Origin: Thermoprotei archaeon
GTDB taxonomy: Archaea > Thermoproteota > Thermoprotei > Thermoproteales > B15-G16
Length of the DNA: 64,000 nt
Reading direction: 5' to 3'
Assembly (NCBI GenBank): GCA_003649205.1
Contig: QMRC01000002.1
Location: forward strand, 32,001-96,000
The notes under the pieces were generated by a model that saw only the letters and a program-made list of their open reading frames with translations, did no database searches and was not told the DNA's origin. Positions 9,875-19,008 of the stretch are shown here, piece after piece. Numbering within the stretch: the stretch's first letter is position 1; every line of letters starts with the position of its first letter. Both the position numbers and the translations under genes were made by a program.

Positions 9875-10327
9875 CTAGGGTGTTAGCAGTGGTCTATATC
9901 TCCCATCTTTATCCTGGTACAGGTAGCCAGCTAGGGCTAGAACCCTGATGACATTTTGCTCCTTTTCAGGTAGTGACCTCAGCTCGTCTTCACTTAGTGG
10001 GTTTTGACTTAGCTTCTGCAGCACTCTATTCAGTAGCTCAGTACTCACGATGTAGGCTTGCTCACCTACACGAACTACCCTGATAATTCCCTGCCTCTCT
10101 CGCTCAATTATCTGCGAGTACGTGGTTAGTTGACGCTCAATAGCTTCTCTCACAGTAACTACACCAACCCTATCGAGTACCTCCATCAAGGGATCCGTAA
10201 CTTCAGTAGTCACTATTCTCTCTACGAGCTTAAGCCCAGACTCAGGAAGTTGTTTAGTTCTCTTCCTCCTCACCTCAATTAACTTCAGTACCAACTCAAC
10301 TAATCTAACTAGTTCCTTCTCACTCAA
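9875..10327 (-). CDS. hypothetical protein (possible wHTH)
   Basis: 150-aa ORF overlapping the stop of the upstream gene. Confidence 0.7.
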   Translation of the reverse strand: MSEKELVRLVELVLKLIEVRRKRTKQLPESGLKLVERIVTTEVTDPLMEVLDRVGVVTVREAIERQLTTYSQIIERERQGIIRVVRVGEQAYIVSTELLNRVLQKLSQNPLSEDELRSLPEKEQNVIRVLALAGYLYQDKDGRYRPLLTP

Positions 10328-11111
10328 AACTGATAACCCTCCACTCCTGTCCTCTTAAGTACATTATCACCTCTATGAAGTTTCCTATACCTGATGTCTT
10401 GATCTTACTACCCAACACCTTCTCTACCTGAAAGAGCCCAGCCTCATTATCCATATCGACAACTATAGCTATTGGCTTGTTACCACCTCTAACTATATCA
10501 ACTCTCTTAATAGCAATTGCTGAGACCGCATGAATATCGACCTTACCTGTCCTGTAGGGTACTCTAGCTCTACCTTCAGCCATGTCAGTACCATCAGCAA
10601 CCTTCACTACACCAGCCTCCAAGCTTAAGCACTGAACCTCTTCATCATGTGAGTATATCGTGTGTAGGATCTCTTGCTTTACCATGTACATCTTCTTCCT
10701 CTCACTACCGTAAACCTTCCTCAGCAATCTCCTAAGTACTCTATCAGCTAGGTAGTACCCATGTATTGCATGTCCATCCCTATGAACTGAGTTCCCTATG
10801 TCGTGCAGGTAAGCACCACAAAGCACAACTAATTTAGCATCTTCTAGATCACCTATACCATCCTTAACTACATTTGGTACAGCATAGTTTCCACTAACTA
10901 GTATGTTCAACATCTCAAGCGCACTACCAGCAACAATTCTAGAATGTGTAACACCGTGATCATTGTATCGAAGTCTACTCACCGCCATAACATTAGCCAT
11001 CTTCAAGTAGGCTTGTACTTCAGGATCCTTCTCAAGTAGGTAGTACATCTTCTCAAGCTTGGGACTGTGCTTGATATGATGCATCACTAGCTCTGGAGAT
11101 ACCCTCACCAT
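10320..11111 (-). CDS. HD-domain protein (COG3294-like)
   Basis: YNDHGVTHS, YLHDIGNSVHR, ADGTDMAEGRAR. Confidence 0.88.
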   Translation of the reverse strand: MVRVSPELVMHHIKHSPKLEKMYYLLEKDPEVQAYLKMANVMAVSRLRYNDHGVTHSRIVAGSALEMLNILVSGNYAVPNVVKDGIGDLEDAKLVVLCGAYLHDIGNSVHRDGHAIHGYYLADRVLRRLLRKVYGSERKKMYMVKQEILHTIYSHDEEVQCLSLEAGVVKVADGTDMAEGRARVPYRTGKVDIHAVSAIAIKRVDIVRGGNKPIAIVVDMDNEAGLFQVEKVLGSKIKTSGIGNFIEVIMYLRGQEWRVISFE

Positions 11112-11180
11112 GGCAAATCACCGTCAGCACATCAAGAAAATGTCGAGGAACCTTAAAAAGCCTCTACTCGTATCCTACTA

Positions 11181-11233
11181 GGTGATGAGCCGGGTTTCAG
11201 ATCAGATCTGTGAAGAGCACACCCTTAACTGAT
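11181..11233 (+). ncRNA. C/D box guide sRNA
   Basis: GTGATGA-gccgggtttcagat-CAGA-tct-GTGAAGA-gcacacccttaa-CTGA; TATA-like CCTTAAAAA at 11151. Confidence 0.8.
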
Positions 11234-11283
11234 CAGCAATCCTATAACTCTTCATCAATCAAGGCCGAGGGTTTCATCACCCA
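11232..11283 (-). ncRNA. C/D box guide sRNA
   Basis: GTGATGA-aaccctcggcc-TTGA-ttg-ATGAAGA-gttataggattg-CTGA; TATA-like CCTTAAATA at about 11304-11312. Confidence 0.8.
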
Positions 11284-11327
11284 GCTAAACCTCGTAGATA
11301 CGGTATTTAAGGATTGACGACTACTAA

Positions 11328-11382
11328 TTCAGCCTGGTGTCAGCTCTTCATCGGTAATCCGGTCTGGGGTACTCATCACCTA
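11328..11382 (-). ncRNA. C/D box guide sRNA; D guide complementary to the 16S 515 region
   Basis: GTGATGA-gtaccccagac-CGGA...ATGAAGA-gctgacaccagg-CTGA. Confidence 0.85.
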
Positions 11383-11491
11383 AATTAGTCGGTGTTCCAC
11401 AACCTATGAACTTTACTACCGTGATAACTAGACATACAAAAATCCACACATGGCGTTTAGTATATCTCGGAGTACCTCAAGACCCCCACTT

Positions 11492-11550
11492 AGGCGATGA
11501 CCGGCCGATGGCTGGCTGATAGATGAAGATTTGGGTAAGCTAGGGGAGCC
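11492..11550 (+). ncRNA. possible C/D box sRNA lacking a canonical D box
   Basis: GCGATGA-ccggccgatggctgg-CTGA-tag-ATGAAGA-tttgggtaagctag; no terminal CTGA. Confidence 0.4.
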
Positions 11551-13128
11551 TCATCTACGAATTAGCAACCACACTAGGTTGAGCAGTATTCTAGGTGATG
11601 GTACATTCACGTCAACTTTTGAAGCCTCCTCAATAAGCTTCTCTGGATTGCTCCTAATTAACTGAACTACATCCTTCATTGTTTTCAAGCCTAGATTTAT
11701 GAAGCGCTCAACTAGTTTACGTGCTACCCCACTACTTAATCTATCTAGGAGTCTAGGTAGTATCCAGTTTGTGAATGAGATATCGTGCTCGATGCACCTA
11801 GCAAGTAATTCCCAGTGGGTATCTGTGAAGAAGTTTAATGTGAAGAACTTCTCACGCTCCAATCTCGAAAGACCCATTGGGACCATGAGTAGTGGGAATA
11901 ACCAACATTTAGTGCCTTTCAGTTCATCAACTAGCTCCACTGTAGCAACTACATCACTTTCCTCTTCACCTGGAAGACCAAGGATCATTGTATAGCAGGG
12001 GTACCAGCAGTTATCATTCATTATCTTCGTAGCCTCTACACACATCCAGGGCCAATCATCAGGAGTCCAGGGCCTTGGCTTACCACCCATGTGAATACTA
12101 ATTAGTTTGGGGCTACCTGTCTCAATACCTACCTGAGGTATGTATGGTTTATCCTCACTATACTCCCAAACCTCAGTAATGTACTTGACTAGGTTCGGTG
12201 CCTGTAGAATGCTTGAGATAGATACGTGACAGAAACCTACATTCCTAGTTAACTTAGCAATAGAGTCAACTAACCTCTTAACAGCATCCACATTCACTCT
12301 TATGCCGTTAGCACCATAGAGGAAACCGTCTTCAGTAACTAAGCCTATACCTCTGATACCAGCCCGTACATTAACCTCGACTTCCCTCAGTATCTGAGGA
12401 AGTGGTATAGATCTAAAGTCGAACATTGTTGGGTTACAGAAAGCACACCTCCTCGGACATCCCCTAGTAATCTGCACAAGTCCATTCCTCGAAGGACCTC
12501 TTATTGTAGGGATCTTATCTACAGGTACTGTAGGAGCATAGAATTCACCAGAGATCTCCTCACCACTCAGCACCTTCTTGCAGATTTCAGGAAATAGGAG
12601 TTCACCTTCACCATGAATTAGAGCATCGATACCTATCTTCGTGTATACTTCTTTCAATTGCCATGTGCCTGGACCGCCGACAATGATCTTAAATCTGTAC
12701 CTATGCTTAAGCTTTCTCAGCTTATTCATGAGCTTCATGAAGAGGTACTGTGTGCAGGTTTCCCCACCACCTGCTAGTGAAGCTAAGGTGTATGATACTG
12801 GAGCCTTCCCTAGTGGATCAAGTACGTGAACACCTACTACCTCAGTATCGTCGGTAATTACCTTGTGAAGGTACTCAGGAGTTGTAATAATTACCTCGCT
12901 CTCCTTAAAACCAGCTGCTAAAAGGGCTGCCTCTATCTTGCGTAGAGGATATGGTGGAGTTAGTGCTCTATACTCTTCATCGACCTTTAGCTTAGGCGCG
13001 AGAACATTGTACATCACTGGTCTAGGTACTAATCTATGTGGTAAACAGAGAAGGAAACCAAGCCAATCAGCACCGCTGTAGTCTGTCATTGTTGCTCTAT
13101 CTGATGTTAGCACAATAGTGTAGCCCAT
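11551..13128 (-). CDS. B12-binding-like radical SAM protein, GDGT ring synthase (Grs)-like
   Basis: N-terminal IVLTSDRATMTDY..LGF, PYPLRKIEAAL, VGGPGTWQ, ITRGCPRRCAFC; resembles the Grs family as I recall it. Confidence 0.7.
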   Translation of the reverse strand: MGYTIVLTSDRATMTDYSGADWLGFLLCLPHRLVPRPVMYNVLAPKLKVDEEYRALTPPYPLRKIEAALLAAGFKESEVIITTPEYLHKVITDDTEVVGVHVLDPLGKAPVSYTLASLAGGGETCTQYLFMKLMNKLRKLKHRYRFKIIVGGPGTWQLKEVYTKIGIDALIHGEGELLFPEICKKVLSGEEISGEFYAPTVPVDKIPTIRGPSRNGLVQITRGCPRRCAFCNPTMFDFRSIPLPQILREVEVNVRAGIRGIGLVTEDGFLYGANGIRVNVDAVKRLVDSIAKLTRNVGFCHVSISSILQAPNLVKYITEVWEYSEDKPYIPQVGIETGSPKLISIHMGGKPRPWTPDDWPWMCVEATKIMNDNCWYPCYTMILGLPGEEESDVVATVELVDELKGTKCWLFPLLMVPMGLSRLEREKFFTLNFFTDTHWELLARCIEHDISFTNWILPRLLDRLSSGVARKLVERFINLGLKTMKDVVQLIRSNPEKLIEEASKVDVNVPSPRILLNLVWLLIRR

Positions 13129-13137
13129 ATTTACCCC

Positions 13138-13160
13138 CTATATTCAGTCTCTGAATATAG
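13138..13160. promoter_or_regulatory. perfect 10-bp inverted repeat upstream of the Grs-like gene
   Basis: CTATATTCAG-tct-CTGAATATAG, 10-32 nt before the start codon. Confidence 0.45.
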
Positions 13161-13198
13161 AGAAGCAGGAACAGACTATTTCAATTTTCTGTGAAAGA

Positions 13199-13250
13199 AT
13201 CAGCATCAGAGGCGTTCTTCACCTATCAGTCAAAAGCAAGTTCATCACTA
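13199..13250 (-). ncRNA. C/D box guide sRNA
   Basis: GTGATGA-acttgcttttga-CTGA-tag-GTGAAGA-acgcctctgatg-CTGA. Confidence 0.85.
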
Positions 13251-13336
13251 CTATAGAACTACAGACGTAGTATTCACCTAATACGTTTACTCTCGAGCTG
13301 TTCACTACTTTACTTAAGTGTGTTACTTATCACCTG

Positions 13337-13948
13337 ATGAGACCTACATGGGATGAGTACTTCATGTTAGTTGCACATCTCGTGAAACTCAGGTCAACGT
13401 GTATTAGACGTAGGGTAGGTGCTGTGTTGGTTAAAGGAACTAGAATTGTGGCGACAGGTTACAATGGCGTTCCAGTAAAGTTCAGACACTGTACCGATGT
13501 TGGTTGTCTTCGTGAGGTGTTGAAGATACCTAGTGGACTATGTCATGAACTATGTCGTGGATTACATGCTGAGATGAATGCTATAATTCAAGCTGCAGTC
13601 TTCGGTGTCTCTACGGTCGGGTGTAAGCTCTACGTAACCACGTACCCATGCACTATGTGTGCTAAGATGATTGCTAATGCAGGTATTAGTGAGGTAATAT
13701 ACGACAGTGATTACGAGGATGAGCTAGCGAAGAGTATTTTCGATGAGGCAGGTATCGTAGTTAGGAGGTTTGTATTGAGAGGTGAGTTGATGAGGATTGT
13801 TAAGGCATTAGAATCTCTCTACAGGGTACCGGAGGTAGCGCCTTCCCCTGAAGTTATTGAGCTAGCTAAGAAGCTCCTTCCAGAGTACAGAAAGCTCTGT
13901 TCACTACTTTCGAACACACCTCTACTAGACCTTAGATCTGAAAACTGA
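13337..13948 (+). CDS. dCMP deaminase (ComEB-like)
   Basis: RPTWDEYFM, RSTC.RR.VGA, TGYNG, HAEMNAI, PCTMC. Confidence 0.92.
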   Translation: MRPTWDEYFMLVAHLVKLRSTCIRRRVGAVLVKGTRIVATGYNGVPVKFRHCTDVGCLREVLKIPSGLCHELCRGLHAEMNAIIQAAVFGVSTVGCKLYVTTYPCTMCAKMIANAGISEVIYDSDYEDELAKSIFDEAGIVVRRFVLRGELMRIVKALESLYRVPEVAPSPEVIELAKKLLPEYRKLCSLLSNTPLLDLRSEN

Positions 13949-13987
13949 TTTTAGATACCTAGGTTATCTACAAGGAACGGTGTCTTT

Positions 13988-15691
13988 GTGGTTCATGAGG
14001 TAAAGTTCACTATTGCATCTAGAGAGATAGAGATTGGTGGTCCAGAACCTGAACTTAGACCAGGTGAGAAGCTAGTTAGGAGAACTGCATCTCTATGTCC
14101 TGAGTGCTATAGGATACTACCAGCAATAGTACTGGAGAGGGATGGTGCTATATGGATTAGAAGAGTGTGCCCCAAGCATGGTGAAATCGAGGAAATTTAC
14201 TGGTCTGATGCTGAACTGTACCATCGTGCTATGGAATGGGAGATCAAGGGATTGGGTATAGATAACCCACAGGTAGACCTTAAGTACCCATGTCCATTTA
14301 ACTGTGGTCTCTGTTCACTTCACACAACCTGTACAGCATTAGCAAACATAGTTGTGACAAATAGATGTGACCTAAGTTGCTGGTACTGCTTCTTCTACGC
14401 TGAGAAAGCAGGTTTCGTATATGAGCCAACGCTCGAGCAGATTGAGTACATGCTCAAGGTAGCTAGGGACTTGAGACCAATACCTGTTCCAGCCATACAG
14501 CTAACGGGTGGAGAACCAACACTGAGAGATGACCTAGTAGAGATCGTACGTATAGCTAAGAGACTAGGTGTAAGACATGTACAGCTCAATACAAACGGTA
14601 TTCGACTAGCTTTTGATCTAGATTATCTAAGGAAGTTGAGAAGTGAAGGAGTTAATACACTCTACCTGAGCTTCGATGGTGTTACACCAGAAACCAATCC
14701 AAAGAATCACTGGGAAATACCCTACCTCTTTGAGAACTGTAGAGCAGCAAGAATGACCAGTGTGGTTCTGGTACCTACAGTGATTAAGGGATACAACGAT
14801 CATGAACTTGGTGCAATACTGAAGTTTGCTGCAATGAACATTGATATAGTTAGAGGAGTGAACTATCAACCAGTTTCACTCACAGGTAGAATGCCTAGAC
14901 ATGAACGTGAGAAGTTCAGAATCACTATTCCCGATGTGATAAGGAAGATTGAAGAGCAAACAGAGGGACAAATAGCTAGAGAAGATTGGTACCCAACACC
15001 AAGTGTAGTACCACTTGCTAGATTCCTATCACTAATCTCAGGTAAGTGGTACATTGAGTTCACAAATCACCCAGCATGTGGTATGGCGACGTACGTCTAT
15101 GTAGAGAAGAGAGGTGAGAAACTAGAGGATACGAAGATGATACCGATTACGAGGTTCATTGATGCAGAGGGATTTCTAGAGTATCTAAGAGAGAAGATAC
15201 CTGAAGTGTACGAAGCTGGGAAGTTCACGAAGTATATTAAGGCTATAGATGCACTACTGAAACTACTCACCAAGTTCATTGATGTCAACAAAGTACCAAA
15301 AGATCTTAACCTAAGAAAAATCTTAACTAAGATATTTATAAAGAGAAACTACAAGGCACTAGGAGAATTCCACTACAAGTTACTATTCATAGGTATGATG
15401 CACTTCATGGACCTCTACAACTACGACATTGATAGAGTGAGAAGATGCTGTATACACTACCTAGTTCCAGACGGTAGAATAATACCATTCTGTACATTTA
15501 ACGTACTATCAGACATATACCGCGACTACATACAGGAGAAATACAAAGTACCACTCGATGAATGGGTAAAGATCAAGGGCTCACACACAGTAGGTCCAGC
15601 AATTAAGTACAGGAGAAATGTAGAGAAGCTAGTGAGAGGAGAAGCGTACAGGAAGCATTACGAGGAAATACTCAAACTGGTGAAAAGGTAG
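13988..15691 (+). CDS. tes: tetraether lipid synthase (MJ0619-family radical SAM)
   Basis: N-terminal SLCPEC...CPKHG, CPFNCGLCSLH, TNRCDLSCWYC, HPACG, RCCIHY..PDGRIIPFCTFN. Confidence 0.85.
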   Translation: MVHEVKFTIASREIEIGGPEPELRPGEKLVRRTASLCPECYRILPAIVLERDGAIWIRRVCPKHGEIEEIYWSDAELYHRAMEWEIKGLGIDNPQVDLKYPCPFNCGLCSLHTTCTALANIVVTNRCDLSCWYCFFYAEKAGFVYEPTLEQIEYMLKVARDLRPIPVPAIQLTGGEPTLRDDLVEIVRIAKRLGVRHVQLNTNGIRLAFDLDYLRKLRSEGVNTLYLSFDGVTPETNPKNHWEIPYLFENCRAARMTSVVLVPTVIKGYNDHELGAILKFAAMNIDIVRGVNYQPVSLTGRMPRHEREKFRITIPDVIRKIEEQTEGQIAREDWYPTPSVVPLARFLSLISGKWYIEFTNHPACGMATYVYVEKRGEKLEDTKMIPITRFIDAEGFLEYLREKIPEVYEAGKFTKYIKAIDALLKLLTKFIDVNKVPKDLNLRKILTKIFIKRNYKALGEFHYKLLFIGMMHFMDLYNYDIDRVRRCCIHYLVPDGRIIPFCTFNVLSDIYRDYIQEKYKVPLDEWVKIKGSHTVGPAIKYRRNVEKLVRGEAYRKHYEEILKLVKR

Positions 15692-15694
15692 TGA

Positions 15695-16321
15695 ATGAAG
15701 ATCAAAATCATAACTCACTGCAGCAAGAGGAAAAGGTACACGCTAAGCAATAGTGGAATCACACCAACACTAGATCTAGCAAAGGAAATTGAGTACAGGA
15801 CACTACTGAAACACCTCGTACTACCTGCTATCGAAATGTATACGGGACCACACGTGAAGGTACTTAGAGGACTTAAGAACAAGCTAGAGAACTTAGGTCA
15901 CGACTGTGAGATCTACTTCGTATCAGCGAGATACGGCTTAATCAACTCTACTCAACACATTATACCCTATGAAGCACATCTGAAACAAGTCAAGGACCTA
16001 CGTACATGGATTGAGGAGAGAAATGTAAGAAGTAAGTTGAGAGCAGTACTCCATCGATGTAACGTGCTAGTAATCGCTCTAACGAGTACATACCTCAAGG
16101 TACTACAGCAGTGTAGTGATGTACTTGCCAGCAATACACCTCCACACATTTGGCTCATCGCGCCTCAGAGCTGGATCAAGACATTTGAGAACCTAGTCCC
16201 CAAGTCCTCCCTAAAGAGGGTATACACCTTCAAAACATACGGTCAATTCCTAAAATGCCTGAAGCTCATGTGTGATGAGTTGATTAACGAACTAAGGAAA
16301 GCCCCTAACCGTACGCCTTAG
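15695..16321 (+). CDS. DUF6884/YaaA-like protein
   Basis: CSKRK, PAIEMYTG, SARYGLI...IIPYE motifs. Confidence 0.6.
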   Translation: MKIKIITHCSKRKRYTLSNSGITPTLDLAKEIEYRTLLKHLVLPAIEMYTGPHVKVLRGLKNKLENLGHDCEIYFVSARYGLINSTQHIIPYEAHLKQVKDLRTWIEERNVRSKLRAVLHRCNVLVIALTSTYLKVLQQCSDVLASNTPPHIWLIAPQSWIKTFENLVPKSSLKRVYTFKTYGQFLKCLKLMCDELINELRKAPNRTP

Positions 16322-16408
16322 AACGTGAGGGATTCTACGTAAGGTGCAACTCACATTCCGTGAACTTCATAGAGAAACGTATTTCTACTCGAAACTCATC
16401 ACTTCACA

Positions 16409-16487
16409 TGCCCCGCTTACCTCACGCGGTTCTGAGACCTAGGTTTAGGGATGAAGATGAGGACCGACGGTCAGGCGGGGTACACAT
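16409..16487 (+). ncRNA. H/ACA box pseudouridylation guide sRNA
   Basis: Lower stem TGCCCCGCTT/AGGCGGGGTA, pocket, upper stem CGGTTC/GGACCG, K-turn CTGA...GATGA, 3' ACA. Confidence 0.75.
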
Positions 16488-17474
16488 TCATCCTCTCTTC
16501 AACCTATGGCTAACGACTTCATCCCTGAATACACCAATGAGAGGCTCCTTGAGTTCAGGACTTAAGAATCCATGAAGCATACCTTCAGTATTAAATGCCA
16601 CACCAATCCTACCTCTCACATCAACTACTATGACACCAGCAGTATTATCACCAAATAGCTTGGTCAACTCCTCAATAACTACCGTTGCTGCATCCTGTGG
16701 ATGATAGCCTCTCCTCACCAGGTCACATACTCGATAGCATAGGCAGAACCTCATTATGTACTCCCCAACGCCTGTTGCGGATGCAGCTGCACAAGAGTTA
16801 TCAGCATAGAAACCCGCACCAGGTACCGCGCTATCACCAACGCGACCAGGTAACTTCAACCAGTAACCACCTGTAGACACAGCTGCTGCTACATTACCAC
16901 TCCTATCGAGAGCCACAGCACCAACAGTATCCTGTACAATACCGAGTAACTTAGCCAACTCAACATTCCTACGAAGCCAGGTAAAACCACGACCCTCAAC
17001 CCACTCCCTCAAATACCTCTCAAATCGCTGAAGTCGATCTCCATCAATAACATGCTCCTGATACTGACCAAATACCTTCGCTAACCACTCAGCACCTGCA
17101 CCAACAACAAGTACATGATCTGTACGCTCCATAACAGCTCGAGCAAGCTTAATTGGGTTTCTCACATTACGGACAGCAGCAACAGCACCTACACTCAAAT
17201 CGCGACCCCACATAACCCCAGCATCCATCTCTACCTCCCTCCTAAGATTGAGCGCAGAGCCACGACCAGCATTAAAGAGACCAGAATCCTCAAGACGAGC
17301 AACAGCCTCAACAACAGCATCTAATGCAGAACCACTCTTCAAAACCTCAAAACCCACCTCAATTGCTTCACGAAGAACCCTCCTACACTCAAGCAACCTC
17401 TCCTTAGGAACCCTCCTCCATCTACCAGCACCACCATGAACCAAGATACAGGGCACAGAACCCATAGCAATCAC
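16488..17474 (-). CDS. iaaA: isoaspartyl peptidase/L-asparaginase (Ntn hydrolase)
   Basis: VHGGAG, FNAGRGS, DTVGAVA, STGG, GRVGDS, TGVGE. Confidence 0.92.
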   Translation of the reverse strand: MIAMGSVPCILVHGGAGRWRRVPKERLLECRRVLREAIEVGFEVLKSGSALDAVVEAVARLEDSGLFNAGRGSALNLRREVEMDAGVMWGRDLSVGAVAAVRNVRNPIKLARAVMERTDHVLVVGAGAEWLAKVFGQYQEHVIDGDRLQRFERYLREWVEGRGFTWLRRNVELAKLLGIVQDTVGAVALDRSGNVAAAVSTGGYWLKLPGRVGDSAVPGAGFYADNSCAAASATGVGEYIMRFCLCYRVCDLVRRGYHPQDAATVVIEELTKLFGDNTAGVIVVDVRGRIGVAFNTEGMLHGFLSPELKEPLIGVFRDEVVSHRLKRG

Positions 17475-18044
17475 CTAGGTAATCTTAACCGTGAACGATA
17501 CGCCAGCAGGATCTAGCTGAAGAACTGTAGTCAAGTACCTCTGAAAGTCCATGACACACCTGAGGTACTCAGCAAATACGTAAAGTCTAGGCCAGAGAAC
17601 ATTATGAGCAAGTACCAAGCTACCTCGAAGCAACTTACCTTCAGCGCACTTCAAGTAATCTAGATACTCCTCCTTCTTAGCGTCGAGAAAGAGCAGAGCT
17701 ATGGGACGTATCAAGGCCTTCAGAATGTACTTAACATCACCACGAACAACATCAATAAATACGTCAAGACCAAGCTCACGAGCTTTAGCTCTCAAGAACT
17801 TCAACTTCTCCCTACACACCTCAATACCCAGAACCCTACCAAGACCACCAGTGGAGACACCTAATGCGAGAAACAACGTAGAAACACCGTAACCAGCACC
17901 AACATCAACAATCAATCCTCGACACCCACGTAGTATAGCAGCACAGCAAAGGAACACACCAGTACTCGGAGGTACAGGACTACCTCTGCGACTACAGACT
18001 TCAGCATAGTAATCAATCAACTTCTGAAGAACCTCACGAAACAT
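17475..18044 (-). CDS. class I SAM-dependent O-methyltransferase (YrrM-like)
   Basis: DVGAGYGVST, LFLDAKKEEY, LAHNV. Confidence 0.85.
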   Translation of the reverse strand: MFREVLQKLIDYYAEVCSRRGSPVPPSTGVFLCCAAILRGCRGLIVDVGAGYGVSTLFLALGVSTGGLGRVLGIEVCREKLKFLRAKARELGLDVFIDVVRGDVKYILKALIRPIALLFLDAKKEEYLDYLKCAEGKLLRGSLVLAHNVLWPRLYVFAEYLRCVMDFQRYLTTVLQLDPAGVSFTVKIT

Positions 18045-18385
18045 ACCTGGTTAGAGAAACGAGGAGGTACTAATGTCAATTACTCACATACAAAATTCAA
18101 GCGATTTTAACTTCCATGATCGTAGATAAACACCACAGTAAACCTTAGAGTAGGGAGAATCCATGAGGAAATGCCTGACGTAGTGTCTACAACTGTTAGA
18201 AAGCTTATGAGAAGAGCACTGTACTAAGCATCTTCTACATACTTCTCTGGATTGCTAGAGGGAACACACTACTTAAGGTAGTTCTGGTCTTAGCATTCCT
18301 CGTAGTTGTAGCTACGTTCTTCAATCACCTACTTAGACCTCTAATTCACATAGGAGAGGTACGGCACCTCTTACTCAGTAGACCA

Positions 18386-18706
18386 GTGCCAAAAGTACGC
18401 TACCTTAAGCTCACGAGCTTCATAGTGAGCGTCTTCGGTCTAAGCGCTATTACTGCGGTAATCCTACATTTAGAGTACTACGCTACTATCTTCGGTATAG
18501 TCGCAACAGCACTAGCAGTAGCTATACTCTTGACTCTCTACCTACGGTCACGTAACTTAGCTGATGTACCTGAGTTCATAGCTACAGCCGCATTAGTGAT
18601 AGCAGTCATCCTCTACCTGGTAACTCCAGGAATGGTCTTACCTGCAGTAACCCTACTATTTGCTACTGCGTCACTAATCTCGTGGTGGTATTTCTGGAGA
18701 ATGTGA
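18386..18706 (+). CDS. small membrane protein; the frame extends upstream to about 18200 without a start, so possibly frameshifted
   Basis: Hydrophobic helices; overlaps the next gene. Confidence 0.5.
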   Translation: MPKVRYLKLTSFIVSVFGLSAITAVILHLEYYATIFGIVATALAVAILLTLYLRSRNLADVPEFIATAALVIAVILYLVTPGMVLPAVTLLFATASLISWWYFWRM

Positions 18707-19008
18707 AGAAGTTACTTGAGTACAGGGAAGTAGTGAATCCATATAGATTAGCGATACTAGTAGCTGTGTACATCTCAGGAAAATTGACATTCACTGATCT
18801 GTCCAAGCTAGTTAACCTAAGTAAAGCAAATCTAGATTACCACCTCAAGGTATTGGAGAGAAGTAACCTCATTCAGCGGAGAAAGTACATCACAGTGCTA
18901 GGACCTAGAACCTTCATAGTGTTAACGGAGAAGGGTAGGAGAGTCGTGAAGGAGCTAATCAAGTTATTTAAGGACTTAAGTTCATCAATGCAGTACTGTG
19001 AAGGTTAG
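18682..19008 (+). CDS. ArsR/MarR-type wHTH transcriptional regulator
   Basis: RLAIL...LTFTDL...SKANLDYHLKVLE...LTEKG. Confidence 0.85.
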   Translation: MVVFLENVKKLLEYREVVNPYRLAILVAVYISGKLTFTDLSKLVNLSKANLDYHLKVLERSNLIQRRKYITVLGPRTFIVLTEKGRRVVKELIKLFKDLSSSMQYCEG

